Assembly (NCBI GenBank): GCA_028534125.1
Contig: CM052817.1
Span: 76,076,001-76,140,000 of the forward strand
DNA: 64,000 nucleotides
Source of the DNA: Lama glama
Lineage: Eukaryota
Reading direction: 5' to 3'
Position numbers and translations under genes: made by a program. This document shows positions 1 through 12,177 of this stretch, one piece after another. Numbering within the stretch: the stretch's first letter is position 1; every line of letters starts with the position of its first letter. A model generated the notes under the pieces. The model was given only the letters and a program-made list of their open reading frames with translations. It had not been told where the DNA came from and searched no databases.

Positions 1-2739
1 GCCTAAATAAAGTTCCCAGGCCTAGAGCCCACTGCAGATGAATTGTACATTTTCTGTAACTATATGGCTCACAGGCTGAAAAAGGAAAACGTTCACTACT
101 TTGTGAAACTACCGTAAATCTCTTATCAAAATATGCCATGCATGCCATGCAAAGAAAATATAAAGCAAACTAGAAAACACAAAGGTTTACTGACTTTTAT
201 TAGTTGCTTATGCCTGAGTAAAAAAATCTTCTGACACTAAGTTCAGAATAATTAGAATACATTGCTTAATGTAAGACTGACCTCAAAAATGAAAACCAAA
301 GAAAGGAGAGAAATAGATTAATAAAATCAGAAAATAATACCTAGAAACCATTCTTTAAACAAGATGGTCTCTTGCTGCAGTAGCTGGAGTTTGCATTTCC
401 TAAGGAAATCTGGGGAAAGGATTACATACTACATTGGCATATAAGGCCTGGCGGCTTCAGCGAGAGGCCTTACTATCAACAAGGGAAGATACTAAAACAA
501 AGACAGATTGAGCCAGTTTTCATATTATTTTTGAAATACGTGTAAAGCATTAAAGGTTCATATCTGGAGCATAGTACATCTGTGCATTTTCTTTAATTAG
601 AAAATGTACTTACTTCAGTTTTCACAGTACGGAGAAGCAGATGTAATGGGAATAATTTTAAAAGATTTAGCATCTATTGTGGAGGAAATATAAGTCCTTT
701 ATGACTTTAGGAAAATTTTTATTAATATTGGTCTAACTTTTAAAAATCAATGTCAAATGGATCATTATTGTGGCACTATAGTCCCTCAAGATAAAAAAAA
801 ACTTTTTTTCTGTATTGGTTACATAAACATACACACAAATAAAACCAGCAAATACCATGACTTGCCTAACTGGTTATGGTGACAGTTCTCACCTGCTTTT
901 TAAAAAAATTTAGTTAATTTCTTTCTGGCATCAGGACACATTTTCACCTCATCTTCCTTTCCTGAGAAGGACATGTAGGCCTGAATATTTATTTGTCCAC
1001 CTAATCCTAAACACTTTCTTAGATTCAGACATCAGCACATGTAGATGAAGCCATGTGATATTTATGATTTAGGTGTATATCTGCTATAAATGGATGTTAG
1101 TGCTCTTAGATAAATAAGCCATAACTTGGATAAAAAAACAAACCAACATATATTCAGACTTCATTGAAGGAGGACTATTACTGGTGGTGTTTTTGAATAT
1201 TGTATCATCCAATAAGGATGAAGTTTTAGGTACATGCCTCCAAAACCACATTATTTAGAATAATTTCATGTACCACATGTGCGTGCACACACACGTTTAG
1301 CAGATCTTTACAAATAAGAGATGAAAGTGAGAATATTAGAAATGACTTGGATATTTACATAATTTCTCTCGGATAGAAAGCATATTGTCCGTATTCTTAC
1401 TTTCATAGACTAGTTTGCTAACTCAATGATTTTGTAGCTATCAAAAGAAATATTTGGGAAGGGGGTAACATTTACAGGAATTCGTCTATTATCTAGCCAT
1501 ATGTCAGAGATTTATTCATTTATATATGCTATAGCAAACACATATTAATCATTCGTTACTTTTGCTTATTATTTCCATTGCAGTTTGGGACTCTGGGTTG
1601 GCTGAAGAAAATAACTTAAAAGAGAATGTTGTTTATGAAGTTCCAGCTATCTATATTATTCTCAAAAGGATTACTTTAATCATGATATAATTATGTGCAA
1701 TTATTCCAAGCTGTTAAAGCATAATTTTTTTCATAATAAATAGCTTGAGTAATTTGAATATTCCCTTATTACATAGAAGCCTAAATAGTCATATAAAAAA
1801 AATACTGAAACAGTGCTGTCTTATACAAAACAGAATATACATCTTACATTTAAATCATGATTATAATTCATGTTGTAACCACTCTTAAAATTTATCTAAG
1901 GATATAAAAAGTAAAACAATTTTGGCCTTTGGGATTTTAAGAGTACTATTTTAAAACTTCTTGTGTTGTAAATTTTCCTCAGGATATATTCTTTGTCTGA
2001 TTTGAAGAGCTCAGTTTAGCAAGTGAAAATGTCCTCATTAACCTTCAAGACGTATTATGTAAACACTGATAACAAAAATAGCATTCTGGCAGTGTTGTTT
2101 TAAGAATAGCATGTTATAGTTTTATACATTACAAAATAATGTTAAGTAGAGCTTATTAACATTCCTTCCCGATTGTTTAGTTTGACAAGATTGTCACAAT
2201 TGTCCTGTCACCTGCTCACCTGCTGTTCAAGACAAGGCTGACACTAATTCATAATTACTTAGTAAAAATCAGCATTTGGCCTTTAGCAGCCAAGCTCAAC
2301 TAGACATATAAAGGCTACATTTTTTCTAGCTTTAGGTAAGCACAATCTGATAAAAAATTAGATTATATACAGAAAGCATAAATGCATACTTACACTGGAG
2401 ACAAAATTCCTAAAGCAGACGTGTCAAGTATACTTCCAGATTTAGGCAATTCATAGAGTATGACGGTTTATTTATAAATGGACTGTGACAGTTAATTTGA
2501 CATGAGATTTTAAAGCTGCCACTTGCAAGTTACACATACAATTGCTACTTCAAAACTCCATCCCCCATTGTGAACTTCTTTTGAATAATACACTATATCA
2601 TAAAAATTGCTGATTTTTATTTCTAGTTCTTCTCATTCTAAGTTAAATGTTTTCTTCTTTTAAACATGAAATTCATATTTTTAAACTGCTGCCTGTGTAG
2701 ACAAATACATAAACTCATAACTATTTATTAAAATTAAGA

Positions 2740-4400
2740 TGCTGATGAGATGATACTGTATATAGAAAACCATAAAGATGCCACACAAAAAAAAAAACTA
2801 CTAGAGCTGATAAATGAATTCAGCAAGGTCACAGGATACAAGAATATCATACAGAAATCTGTTTCATTTCTTTATACTAACAAAGAAATGTCAGTAAAAG
2901 AATGTAGAAAAACAATCACTTAAAATCACATCAAAAAAAAAAAAAAACTTAGGAATAAACGTGACCAAGGATGTGAAAAACTTATACATGGAGAAGTATA
3001 AAACACCGATTAAGGAAATTAAAGATGATTTAAAGAAACAGAAAGAAAAATTTAAAGAAAAATTTTCCTGGATTGTAAGAATTAATATTGTTAAAATGAC
3101 CATTGTACCCAAAGCAATCTACAGATTCAATGCAATCCCTATCAAAGTACCCAGATCATTTTTCACAGAACTAGAACAAATAATTCTAAAACTTATATGG
3201 AAGCACAAAAGACCCAGAATTGCCAAAGCAATACTGAAGAACAAAGCTGGAGGCATAATCTTCCCAGACTTCAAACAGTATTACCAAGCTACAGTAATCA
3301 AAACATTGTGGTACTGGCACAAAAACAGGCATATAGATCAATGGAACAGAATAGAGAGCAAAGAAGTAAACCCACACAACTATGGTCAATTAATCTTCAA
3401 CAAAGGAGACAAGGATATACGATAGAGAAAAGAGTCTCTTCAGCAAGTGGTGTTGGGAAAGCTGGACAGCCACATGTAAATCAATGAAGTTAGAACACTC
3501 CATTACATCATACACAAAAATAAACTCAAATGGCTTAAAGGCTTAAATGTAAGACAAGACACCATAAATCTCCTAGAAGAGAACTTAGGCAGAACATTCT
3601 CTGATATAAATCGTAAAAATGTTTTCCTAGGTCAGTCTACCAAGGCAATAGAAATGCAAAAATAAACAACTAGGACCTAATTAAACTTACAAGCTTTTGC
3701 ATAGCAAAAGAAACAAGCCATAAATACAGACTACAGGATGGGAGAAAATATTTGCAAATGATGTGATTGACCACTGAGTAATTTCTAGAATATACAAACA
3801 GCTTATACAACTCAGTAACAAAAAACAGATGACACAATCAGAAAATGAGAAGACCTAAAAGACATTTCTCCATTGAAGATATCCAGATGGCCAACAGGCA
3901 CATGAAAAAATGCTCAATATTGCTAATTATCTGAGAAATGCAAATCAAAACTACAATGAGTTATATTTATACAATGGAATGCTACTCAGCCATAAAAATA
4001 ACAAAATAATGCCATTTACAGCAACATGGATGGACCTGGAGATTGTCATTCTAAGTGAAGTAGGGCATAAAGAGAAAGAAATTACCACATGATATAACTT
4101 ACATATGGAATCTAAAAAGTAGTACAAATGAACTTATTTACAGAACAGAAACATACTCACAGATATAGAAAACAAACTTATGATTACCAAAGGGGAAAGG
4201 AGCAGGGATAGATAAATTAGGAGTTTTGGATTAGCATATAAAACTAGTATATATAAAATCAATAACAAGGTCCTATTGTTAGTCCTAGAACAAGGAACTA
4301 TATTTGATATCTTGTAATAACCTAATAAAAAAATATGAAAAAGAATATATATACACATATATAACTGAATTACTAAGTTGTACAGCAGAAACACGCACAT
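2740..4400 (+). mobile_element. 5'-truncated L1 (ORF2 RT C-terminal part plus 3'UTR) with an internal deletion near 3960
   Basis: Starts at the ADDMILY-like RT motif (gctgatgagatgatactgtat). ORF 2961-3425 is L1 ORF2 ([29 protein letters not shown]). Typical L1 3'UTR follows. Confidence 0.95.
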
Positions 4401-5866
4401 GTATTAAATATTGTTTCTGTATGCAACACAGTGGGCCCCTGTGAATGCCTATGGATTTTTCTTTTTGGTGAGGTAATATTTATAACATTAATTAAAGAAA
4501 AGAAATTAAATTTTATGTTTTATTTTCAAATATTTTTATACCAGGATGTCAAATTAAAATTAATTTTGTGTACTTGAAATATATTTTGGTATTTGAATGA
4601 TAAACCAGTATAACATAAAGAAACATCAAGAAGTGTGTTACTATTTTAACATCAAGTAAAGTGAGTTAAACTAGTGTTTTAGATATTTAATATAGTCCAG
4701 GAAACTACACCATCATGGTCCATTTTATTATGAATATTATAAGATTTTATTATTGAAAATTAAAGTTTCTTGATTAAAGAATAAAGTACAATGTAAATAT
4801 TCTCGATTTTGAGCTAGTCATTGTGGGTTCTGGGTCCAATTCCACCACTATGTCAAGAAAGAGAGGGGCAAATATTTGTTTTCTCCCCTTGAAATTCTTC
4901 ATATGTATAATTTGAGAGTTGAATTATATAACTTCTAATCCAGCCCTGACCATCAATTACATTATCAAAAATTAATTATGAGTATTTTGAAATGACTTAA
5001 AGTTGCAAGCTTTTAATACGGTATAAAAATATATATAATAGGATATACAAATTTTCCATATGTTACTGCTTAATCTTTTAGATACAATAGTCAACACGTG
5101 TATTGAAAAAAACAGAAAATCAAACTCATTACAGACATGTGACAGAAATTCAGAAACTTTTTTTTTCCTATAAATTATTCAATCACATTTTTATATCAAG
5201 GAATACTTTGTTAAAAAGAAAAAAAGTCTTAATTTAACTCTCATGATAGCAAAATTTTAGGTTCAATAAGTTTTAGAAATACTTTGGGATTTTACCTTGC
5301 CCAAATTATATTTCTTTGCATCTCCTTTGAAATTATTTTGTATTTTATTCATTTAGCTTTGTGTCTCTTATTAATACTTTAGTATTCAGAACCTGTCTCC
5401 CCCATGTGGCAGATTCTGTCTCATATGCTGTACTGTTAACTGCCCTTAAGAACACTGACCAGTTGTGATACTTCTGTGTAAGTACATAAGAAGGGACTTA
5501 GTGTATACACAGAGATTGGATATACATGGATGTACTTCTTAAAACTTTATCAACACACACTTCAGAATGTCAAATTCCAAGTTGAAAAATAATATTATGT
5601 GTAATATCTACAAAGGAGAAAGATTCCAGTTGTGTTTAGCAAGTAAAATATGACAGATGACCGATAGGGTTTAGTAAACGTGGTCTGAATTTTACACAAA
5701 GAAAATTCATATCTTGAGCAAAACAGTAGGAAAGGAGTAAGAACTGCATTCCCTGTGCTTCAAGCTTCTCTTTTGGTTGTTTTGTTTCTTCATATTGTCT
5801 TTTAACACTTACCTAGAAACTCAAGTAGGGTAGAAAATTTCACTTTTGAATAACTTTATTCCACTT

Positions 5867-6300
5867 TGTATTAGTGTCCAGAAAGGAGACAAAAAATGCA
5901 GTAACAATGTAGGGGAAAAAAAAAACATAATATATGGATTAATTAGTAAAAGGGGATTCACTACACACAAAGTAAAGATAACCCTAAGGAATTACAGGAT
6001 AATAAATATAGGGGACAGTTACTACCTCTAGAGCTATGGGGAGCAGAAGAGAAAGGATTACACTTGGAAGAGACCCAAGTTCAGACCTCATTGCAGAGTG
6101 GGAGGCTGGGGGTCATAGGATGACAGACAAGTCTTGGAATGGGGTGCAGGCAGAACTCTCTGGAATGTGGGCAGCCCTGGGTCGCCCACCTGCTGTTGGG
6201 TGTTGTCACAGGGGTGCCAGCTGACCTTGCTGAGAAACTGCCTGTTTGGTTGCTGCCAAATGCACTTGTGTTGCACAAGAGCCAATGAGAAAATTCTAGA
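5867..6300. mobile_element. Possible ancient LTR (MaLR/ERVL-like) fragment
   Basis: Begins tgtattagt and is a purine/GC-richer island resembling old LTRs; family not resolved. Confidence 0.3.
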
Positions 6301-6519
6301 ACACAGTAGAGGACTATGCTGAAAATTGCTCTTAAAAAACAGCAGAATAAGTCCAACTGGAGTATGAAAATACTTAACGAAATGTCCTGGTACATAAGAG
6401 CACCAACTACAGGAAAGGGGTTAAGAGAAACACAACATGACTCTTTTACAGAAAATGTACTCACCAATATTTAGAAATGCTACATACAGGAAACTGAACT
6501 AGATATGTTTTGTTCTTAT

Positions 6520-6625
6520 CTAGTTGAATCCTCACCACAGTGCAAGGTAGCTGCTATTATTCCCATTTCACAGTGAAGAATCAGTGTTTTGGAATTAAAT
6601 GAATCACTTAAATTCAAACAGTTGT
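6520..6625 (-). mobile_element. MIR SINE fragment
   Basis: aatcctcaccacag..tattattcccatttcacagtgaagaa matches the reverse complement of the MIR core. Confidence 0.7.
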
Positions 6626-8374
6626 TGAAATGTTTCTACCATATATGCTGTTTCCGACAGGCATGGTACACAGTTGTGGGCATGTCCTCATACAGGGCTG
6701 CTTCACTCAAGGTCTACGTGTGACTTCTGGAATGTTTCTTAGGAATTTGATATCCAGAGATGATTAGCAAAGGTCACTTTACTTTTGATTTGTTTCCTTG
6801 AATAATTTATCTTACTTACAGTGTTCTGATCACCAGTATCATGTCGTTACCTTAGAGAAACTGATTTTGTTAAGAAAAATATTTTTAGTGTCAACAAGCA
6901 GCATACAACATGTTTCATCTTTACTTCATATTATTTTTAATTTAGAACTGAAAACATTTTTTCCAACACAATATCTCACTTTCTATTCTAAATTATATAT
7001 TTTTGTGGTTTTTCTCATGATATTAACAGGGAAATGGTAATGTTAAGCAATACTTTCAATAGCTCTCAAAATGTAGTAGGAATTCTGATTTCATAAGACG
7101 AGGACTATTTTTGTTGGTAAAATTACTGTACAATTTCCCACAGGATTTCTATATCAGGGTTCATTTTATGATGTCCTGGAACAAGGTGCCTGTGTTCACT
7201 TTTGCTGTAAAGTAATGCTGACTACAACAGCATAAGGCAGCTCACAGTACGAGCATAGACATCCCTTAATGCTGCCATGAATAGTTATGAACTGAGGTGC
7301 CCAAATGACTTTGCCAGCAAGGCACTGCCTCCTAATCTATTTTTACAGCAAATGGAAGCTTCATTCTTCATGGTTTGGTAGTTGCATTCAAATATACCAA
7401 TAATTTCAAATGCAATCACTCCTACACAGCAAATTTGATTTTAGAACATAAGGGGGAATTGCTAAAGTTCTGTTGATGGGTAGACAACTTCTCCATCAGC
7501 TTTGTTTCAATCATTTCTTGCTGTTTTAAAATTAACTTTAACATAATACTAATTTTTAGTAAAATGTAGGAAGTTTGATTTTATATAAGAATTTAATATA
7601 GTTTCCAAACACATGATACTGAAAAATTATAGGCATTTCTTTTAGAACTCCGTCATTTATTTCCCAATATTTTCAGTTGCTGAAAGAATTTTTTATACAG
7701 GAAAAATGGAAATTAAAATATTTTCGTGATTAAGACATATCAAAAGAAACTATAAATAAGTAAAATTTTAAAAAATTAACAATATCGCTATAGACAGAAT
7801 ATAGATGCTGGAAAATTATATTACCATGTGTGCAAATTTAACTTTTTCCAAGAGGTTATTTCATCTACCACTTTCAAGTGTAATGATGGCAATTTAACAT
7901 GTATGTATCTTTATTTATTCCTGAATCAGAAAATATGATAAAAATAACTTTAATCCTAAATATACAACTCATGACTCCCCAGTCAAATGTTAGTGTTTAC
8001 CTAAAGAATTCTATATTGAAGTTTTGTAGGAAAAAAATCAGTTATTTTGCATATGAAATTGTAACAATAACATTATTTAATGACTCATGTGAGCATATGT
8101 ATAAAGGAGTTTATTCCTTTTTCGAAATGCTCCTAGGTGTAAACAGCTGAAGTTTCATGAAAATTAAATAACTAGCAGCACTGCAAGAATGCATAATAAT
8201 AAAATAATTAGAGAACAAAATGATGACACATTTTGTCACATAAGAAATAGCATTGCATGTTACGCAACAGAAGATACAGGATAAACTTGCAAGTCAAGAA
8301 GACACAACTACTGCTACTAATGCTGTTGCTGCTGCTGTAAATGCTATATTCTAACTTACACTTACATGTCCCAA

Positions 8375-8530
8375 ACGTTTTACACTTCTGTACATATAAT
8401 AACATGTTTGTTCTCACATCCTTATCAAGAAAATACCATTATTATCCATTTTTAACAGAAGGAAAAACATAAAATCATGTAAATGATACATAATGAGGCC
8501 AGGATTTGAACACATTTTGACAGAGACTAT
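8375..8530 (-). mobile_element. MIR SINE fragment
   Basis: attattatccatttttaacagaaggaaaaac..ggccaggatttgaac is the reverse MIR core plus B-box region. Confidence 0.7.
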
Positions 8531-8658
8531 CATTTTAATTGTGAAATGTTGAGAATCATGTGTAATAAATTTTAAAAAATTGATTCTTTTACAAACAGTC
8601 CATGAGAAAGAAAGGCTGTAAATGAGAAGCTGGGAAACTCCCTCTTAACACAGACATC

Positions 8659-9800
8659 ATGATGCATCCTCAGGTCGTCGTCTCAAACCTCACACCACTC
8701 CTGACAGATGTTCTAGTTTCTTATCCACAAGGGGATGGGGTGGTGGGCCAGCCTGCAGTGCTGCCCTGCACCTACTCAGAGGCTAACACAGTGGTCACAT
8801 CGATGCACTGGAGCCAAGGGGGCACGTCCTGTGTCTTGATGCTCAGATACAATTATCTGGACTGATGGATCCCATGTGACTTTTGAGAAGCAAAGGCTTT
8901 ATAGGGAAAAGGAATACTTTTTAAAAGAGAATGTGTCTTTGACCATAGAAAACACAGTCAAGGCCAACAGTGGCCTATATTGTTGCCATATTGAGCACAA
9001 GGGGTAGTTTATAACACAACATATCACTGGAGGTTAAACCAGCTGGAAACACCAATGCTCCAACGTCATCTAGACTCTGCTCCTCCAAAGCCAACACACA
9101 GGCAAGACCATCAACCAGTAACTACACCACATTCCTCAACACAACCAACAGAAACCCAGACTAAGACATTGTGGGAAGCAAGAAGTACATAACCTACCAG
9201 CTCACCATTGCACTCTTGCCCAACAGAAGGGAATGGCAGGGTGACACAGTCTTCAAAAGGCCTTAAGCATAACAATCAAATTCAAGTGTCTCTGGCACAA
9301 AATCCATGGATGAGATCCATCAAGAGACTCTACGATGGAATTAGAATTTCTCCTGTGATGCTGCAAACATTTTCAGTTGTCATGATTACCAAAGAGTATT
9401 TATACATCAGAAACAAACTGTAGCAACTAGACATGATGCCTGAGCACTTGATACCACATTATCGAGGATGATTTTTATGCCATGGATTAAGACTCAGTAG
9501 CTCTCTAGGACTTTATGCCCATAACTGAAGACAATGACCAGATATCAGACTCTTTGTAAAGCTTCAGGATTATTTCTGTGTGTCAGTTTCAACCAACATT
9601 CCAATATGTCAGTCACGTTGGTTAGAGTGATTCCTTTAGTTCAAATCTGTGTAGTGTTAATGATGCTCATAGTATAATCCTTTTTTAATTCTAAAACTGA
9701 CTCAATATTTCTGGTTGTTGCATAGCTCCCTCCCAAACACAAACACTTTAGAAGTGTATATTCTCTTTAGACCCCATAAATCCTATACCCTCCAAGAGAA
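8659..9800 (+). pseudogene. HAVCR1: Processed pseudogene of HAVCR1 (TIM-1/KIM-1): signal peptide, IgV, mucin, TM, cytoplasmic tail and 3'UTR without introns
   Basis: Stitched frames give MHPQVVVSNL..VVGQPAVLPCTYS..VTSMHW / CSDTIIWTDGSHVTF..ENVSLTIENTVKANSGLYCCHIEHKG*F / ISLEVKP / PTSSPLHSCPTEGNGRVTQSSKGLKHNNQIQV..LYDGIRIS..ITKEYLYIRNKL*QL / IIEDDFYAMD*. This is colinear with TIM-1 as I recall it (MHPQVVILSL, IVWTNGTHVTY, VSLTIENT..SGVYCCRVEHRGWF, PTSSPLYSYTTDGNDTVTESSDGLWNNNQ, IENSLYATD). Frameshift in the G-run ~8818-8822; stops at 8837, 9005, 9190 and 9421; native stop TAA 9488-9490. 3'UTR-like sequence runs to at least ~9800. Confidence 0.93.
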
Positions 9801-11788
9801 TATTCAATAGGGAGACAGGAAATGAATGAACTATCCTGGTCAGCAAAGCTGTCAAAAAGAGAGAAATAGTAAAGTCAACAAATGTGATTTGAGACCTAAA
9901 AAGCTTCTCTTGGAAGCATTTCATGATTATTTCTTTCCTTTTTTTTCTATTATAGCTCTAAATGTTATATTCCTTGGGTTTGCAACTGTTAGAGATAATC
10001 ATTTCCATACCTACCTTGGCATACAGTGGTATTCTAATGAGATGGTACTTGTGAGAAGTATTTGAAAAGTAAAAAACACTAGGAAATCCAAGGGTTTTGT
10101 TTGTTTGTTTGTTTAAAGTTTTCAGTAACAGTATGTCTAACACTAGTGCTTGGTAAATTTCAATGATGTTGCATTTGTTAGTCTCCTGCTATTTGATACC
10201 TCTTATTTTTTTAAATATTAGTGTTTTGTTTTTGAAAAAATTGGTGTTGCATAATTTGGCTACCATCTTACACTGTAGATAAAATTTGTCAATAGCTGAG
10301 AAGTAGAATGGGTAAGAGGGAAGTGTTTAGTTATTATGAAAATCTTCTGTAAATATAAATTCTTGTAGAATGTATCAAATTTTGTTTGTTTTTGATCTTT
10401 CAAGTCACAATTGAGATTTCATTATCTAATCTGTCTTGGGACATTAGAACATCGATGAAATTAAGACTGTAAATTTAAATGAAAAAAAATTTTGCACATC
10501 TTTGAAAAGTAGCAGAAACAATCTTTCACTGATGGATATAAAGGTGGATGGAATAATTTTGTGAATAAATGAAAGTGAAAGGCTTTTAGTAATTATCTAA
10601 TTTCATTTGTATGTAAACTCACTATTAAAATGTTTTTCATTTTTTAATTGATTTTTTTTTACATGTTATACTTTTTAATACCCACAGTTCTAAATCGTCA
10701 TCTTTGGACTGTTTCCTTTAGTGTTTCTAACCCTTCAGAGAAGTCTTTCGCCTGAATTAAAAGTGGGAAGTAACTGGCATTAAAAAAATAAGCAAATAAT
10801 AGATGTTAAGATTGTGAAAAATCATGTTTATTCAGTGAAATGGATGGATTGTAGCTTGGCCATCACTGAGGATACTAGAAATCATGTCCTCCCTGAGAAA
10901 CATAGCATTTCAGTGTGTAGAAGAGCTATTTTGAAAATACTTTATATGATTCTAAATTATTCACAACAAACTTTGACTGACTTATGTCTGACCAAATTTT
11001 GAATATTTGTTTTGATCACATGAGAATATTAATTATTTCACATCAGATTCTACTTGATTGTTTTAGATTAATTGATTTTATATACATACACACATACACA
11101 ACTAGCCTGAGAGATAAATTATCAAATATATAGTAACAAGTGTTATTTTATTAACACTTTGAATAAAAACAGATGTTTTTAATCCAAAAAATGCATTTGC
11201 TTTCCTTTCAAAAAAATTAACATTCACAGTTCACACTACCTGATGTCTAAAGAGTGCTTTTAAACACAGACATTAAAGGCTCAAGTGTCCAAAAGACAAA
11301 AGCTGACAACAGCATGGGAAACAGAGCATAAACTAAAGTCTGAAATCTGTTATGGTTAAAATGGCTCCTAAAAGCATCTGCGATGATTTACATGTCACTA
11401 AAGTCAATGTACACCTCGTTTTTTCACTCATCACGGTAGACTAAGCCCACTTTTGGACTATTCTCTTACTTAGAAAACTTAGAATAAGTGTCCACTGATG
11501 CTTGAGGATGATTCTTTCTCTGAATATTATAGTGTTCTGAAAACATGAAAATCCGCAGAAATCATGCAAGAGTTTCAGCTGAGTTTAAACATGCTAAAAC
11601 ACCAAATAAAGACCACTAGCTTGTAGCTGACAGTCTCCTTACAACTCTGTTGACAGTTTCCAAAAGCAAGCTTTCTACAATAAAATATATTTAAAATAAG
11701 TTAAGGAAGAATTTGAAAATTGTCCTATTGTCCGTCTGAAACTTATTTTGGGGTTTCAGTTATAAAGTACAAACAGCTTTAAAATGCT

Positions 11789-11834
11789 CAACTAGTCAAT
11801 TTTTGAGAATACAACTAGTCAATTTTTGAGAATA
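11789..11834. repeat. Perfect 23-bp tandem duplication
   Basis: caactagtcaatttttgagaata x2. Confidence 0.95.
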
Positions 11835-11943
11835 TTTTTTAAAATGCCACCTCAAATCCCTTTGAAATATCTCGTAAGTACACAGATTATAGCCCTACTA
11901 TGTCAAGTAAAACAAAATTTAAAGTTAATGATATTAACTGAGA

Positions 11944-11972
11944 TAGGTAGGTAGGTAGGTAGGTAGGTAGAG
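11944..11972. repeat. (TAGG)n microsatellite
   Basis: Read directly. Confidence 0.95.
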
Positions 11973-12030
11973 CTGATTTGCCCACCCTGGGTGGGATCTT
12001 GGGCACAGATTTTGATATCGTCAAGAAATG

Positions 12031-12177
12031 CCTTGTAGTAACCTAAATGAAAAAGAATATGAGAAGGAATATATGTATGTATATGTCTGACTGAGACACT
12101 ATGCCGTACACCAGAAATGGGCACAACATTGTAAAACGACTGTACTTCAACTAAAAAAGAAAAGATAAATTAAAAAC
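12031..12177 (+). mobile_element. Very short L1 3'-end insertion with TSD
   Basis: L1 terminus (tacaccagaaa..acattgtaaa..tacttcaa) plus A-rich tail, flanked by agaaatg at 12024-12030 and 12178-12184. Confidence 0.85.

Noticed and set aside
2961..3425. 154-aa ORF as a host gene
   Set aside because: It is a fragment of L1 ORF2 within a truncated, decayed element.
3950..3975. L1 internal deletion as a splicing product
   Set aside because: The junction lacks a credible acceptor context; an ordinary deletion is more likely.
8659..9490. Functional TIM-family gene
   Set aside because: Multiple stops and frameshifts, a degenerate TM segment and a broken WFND motif.
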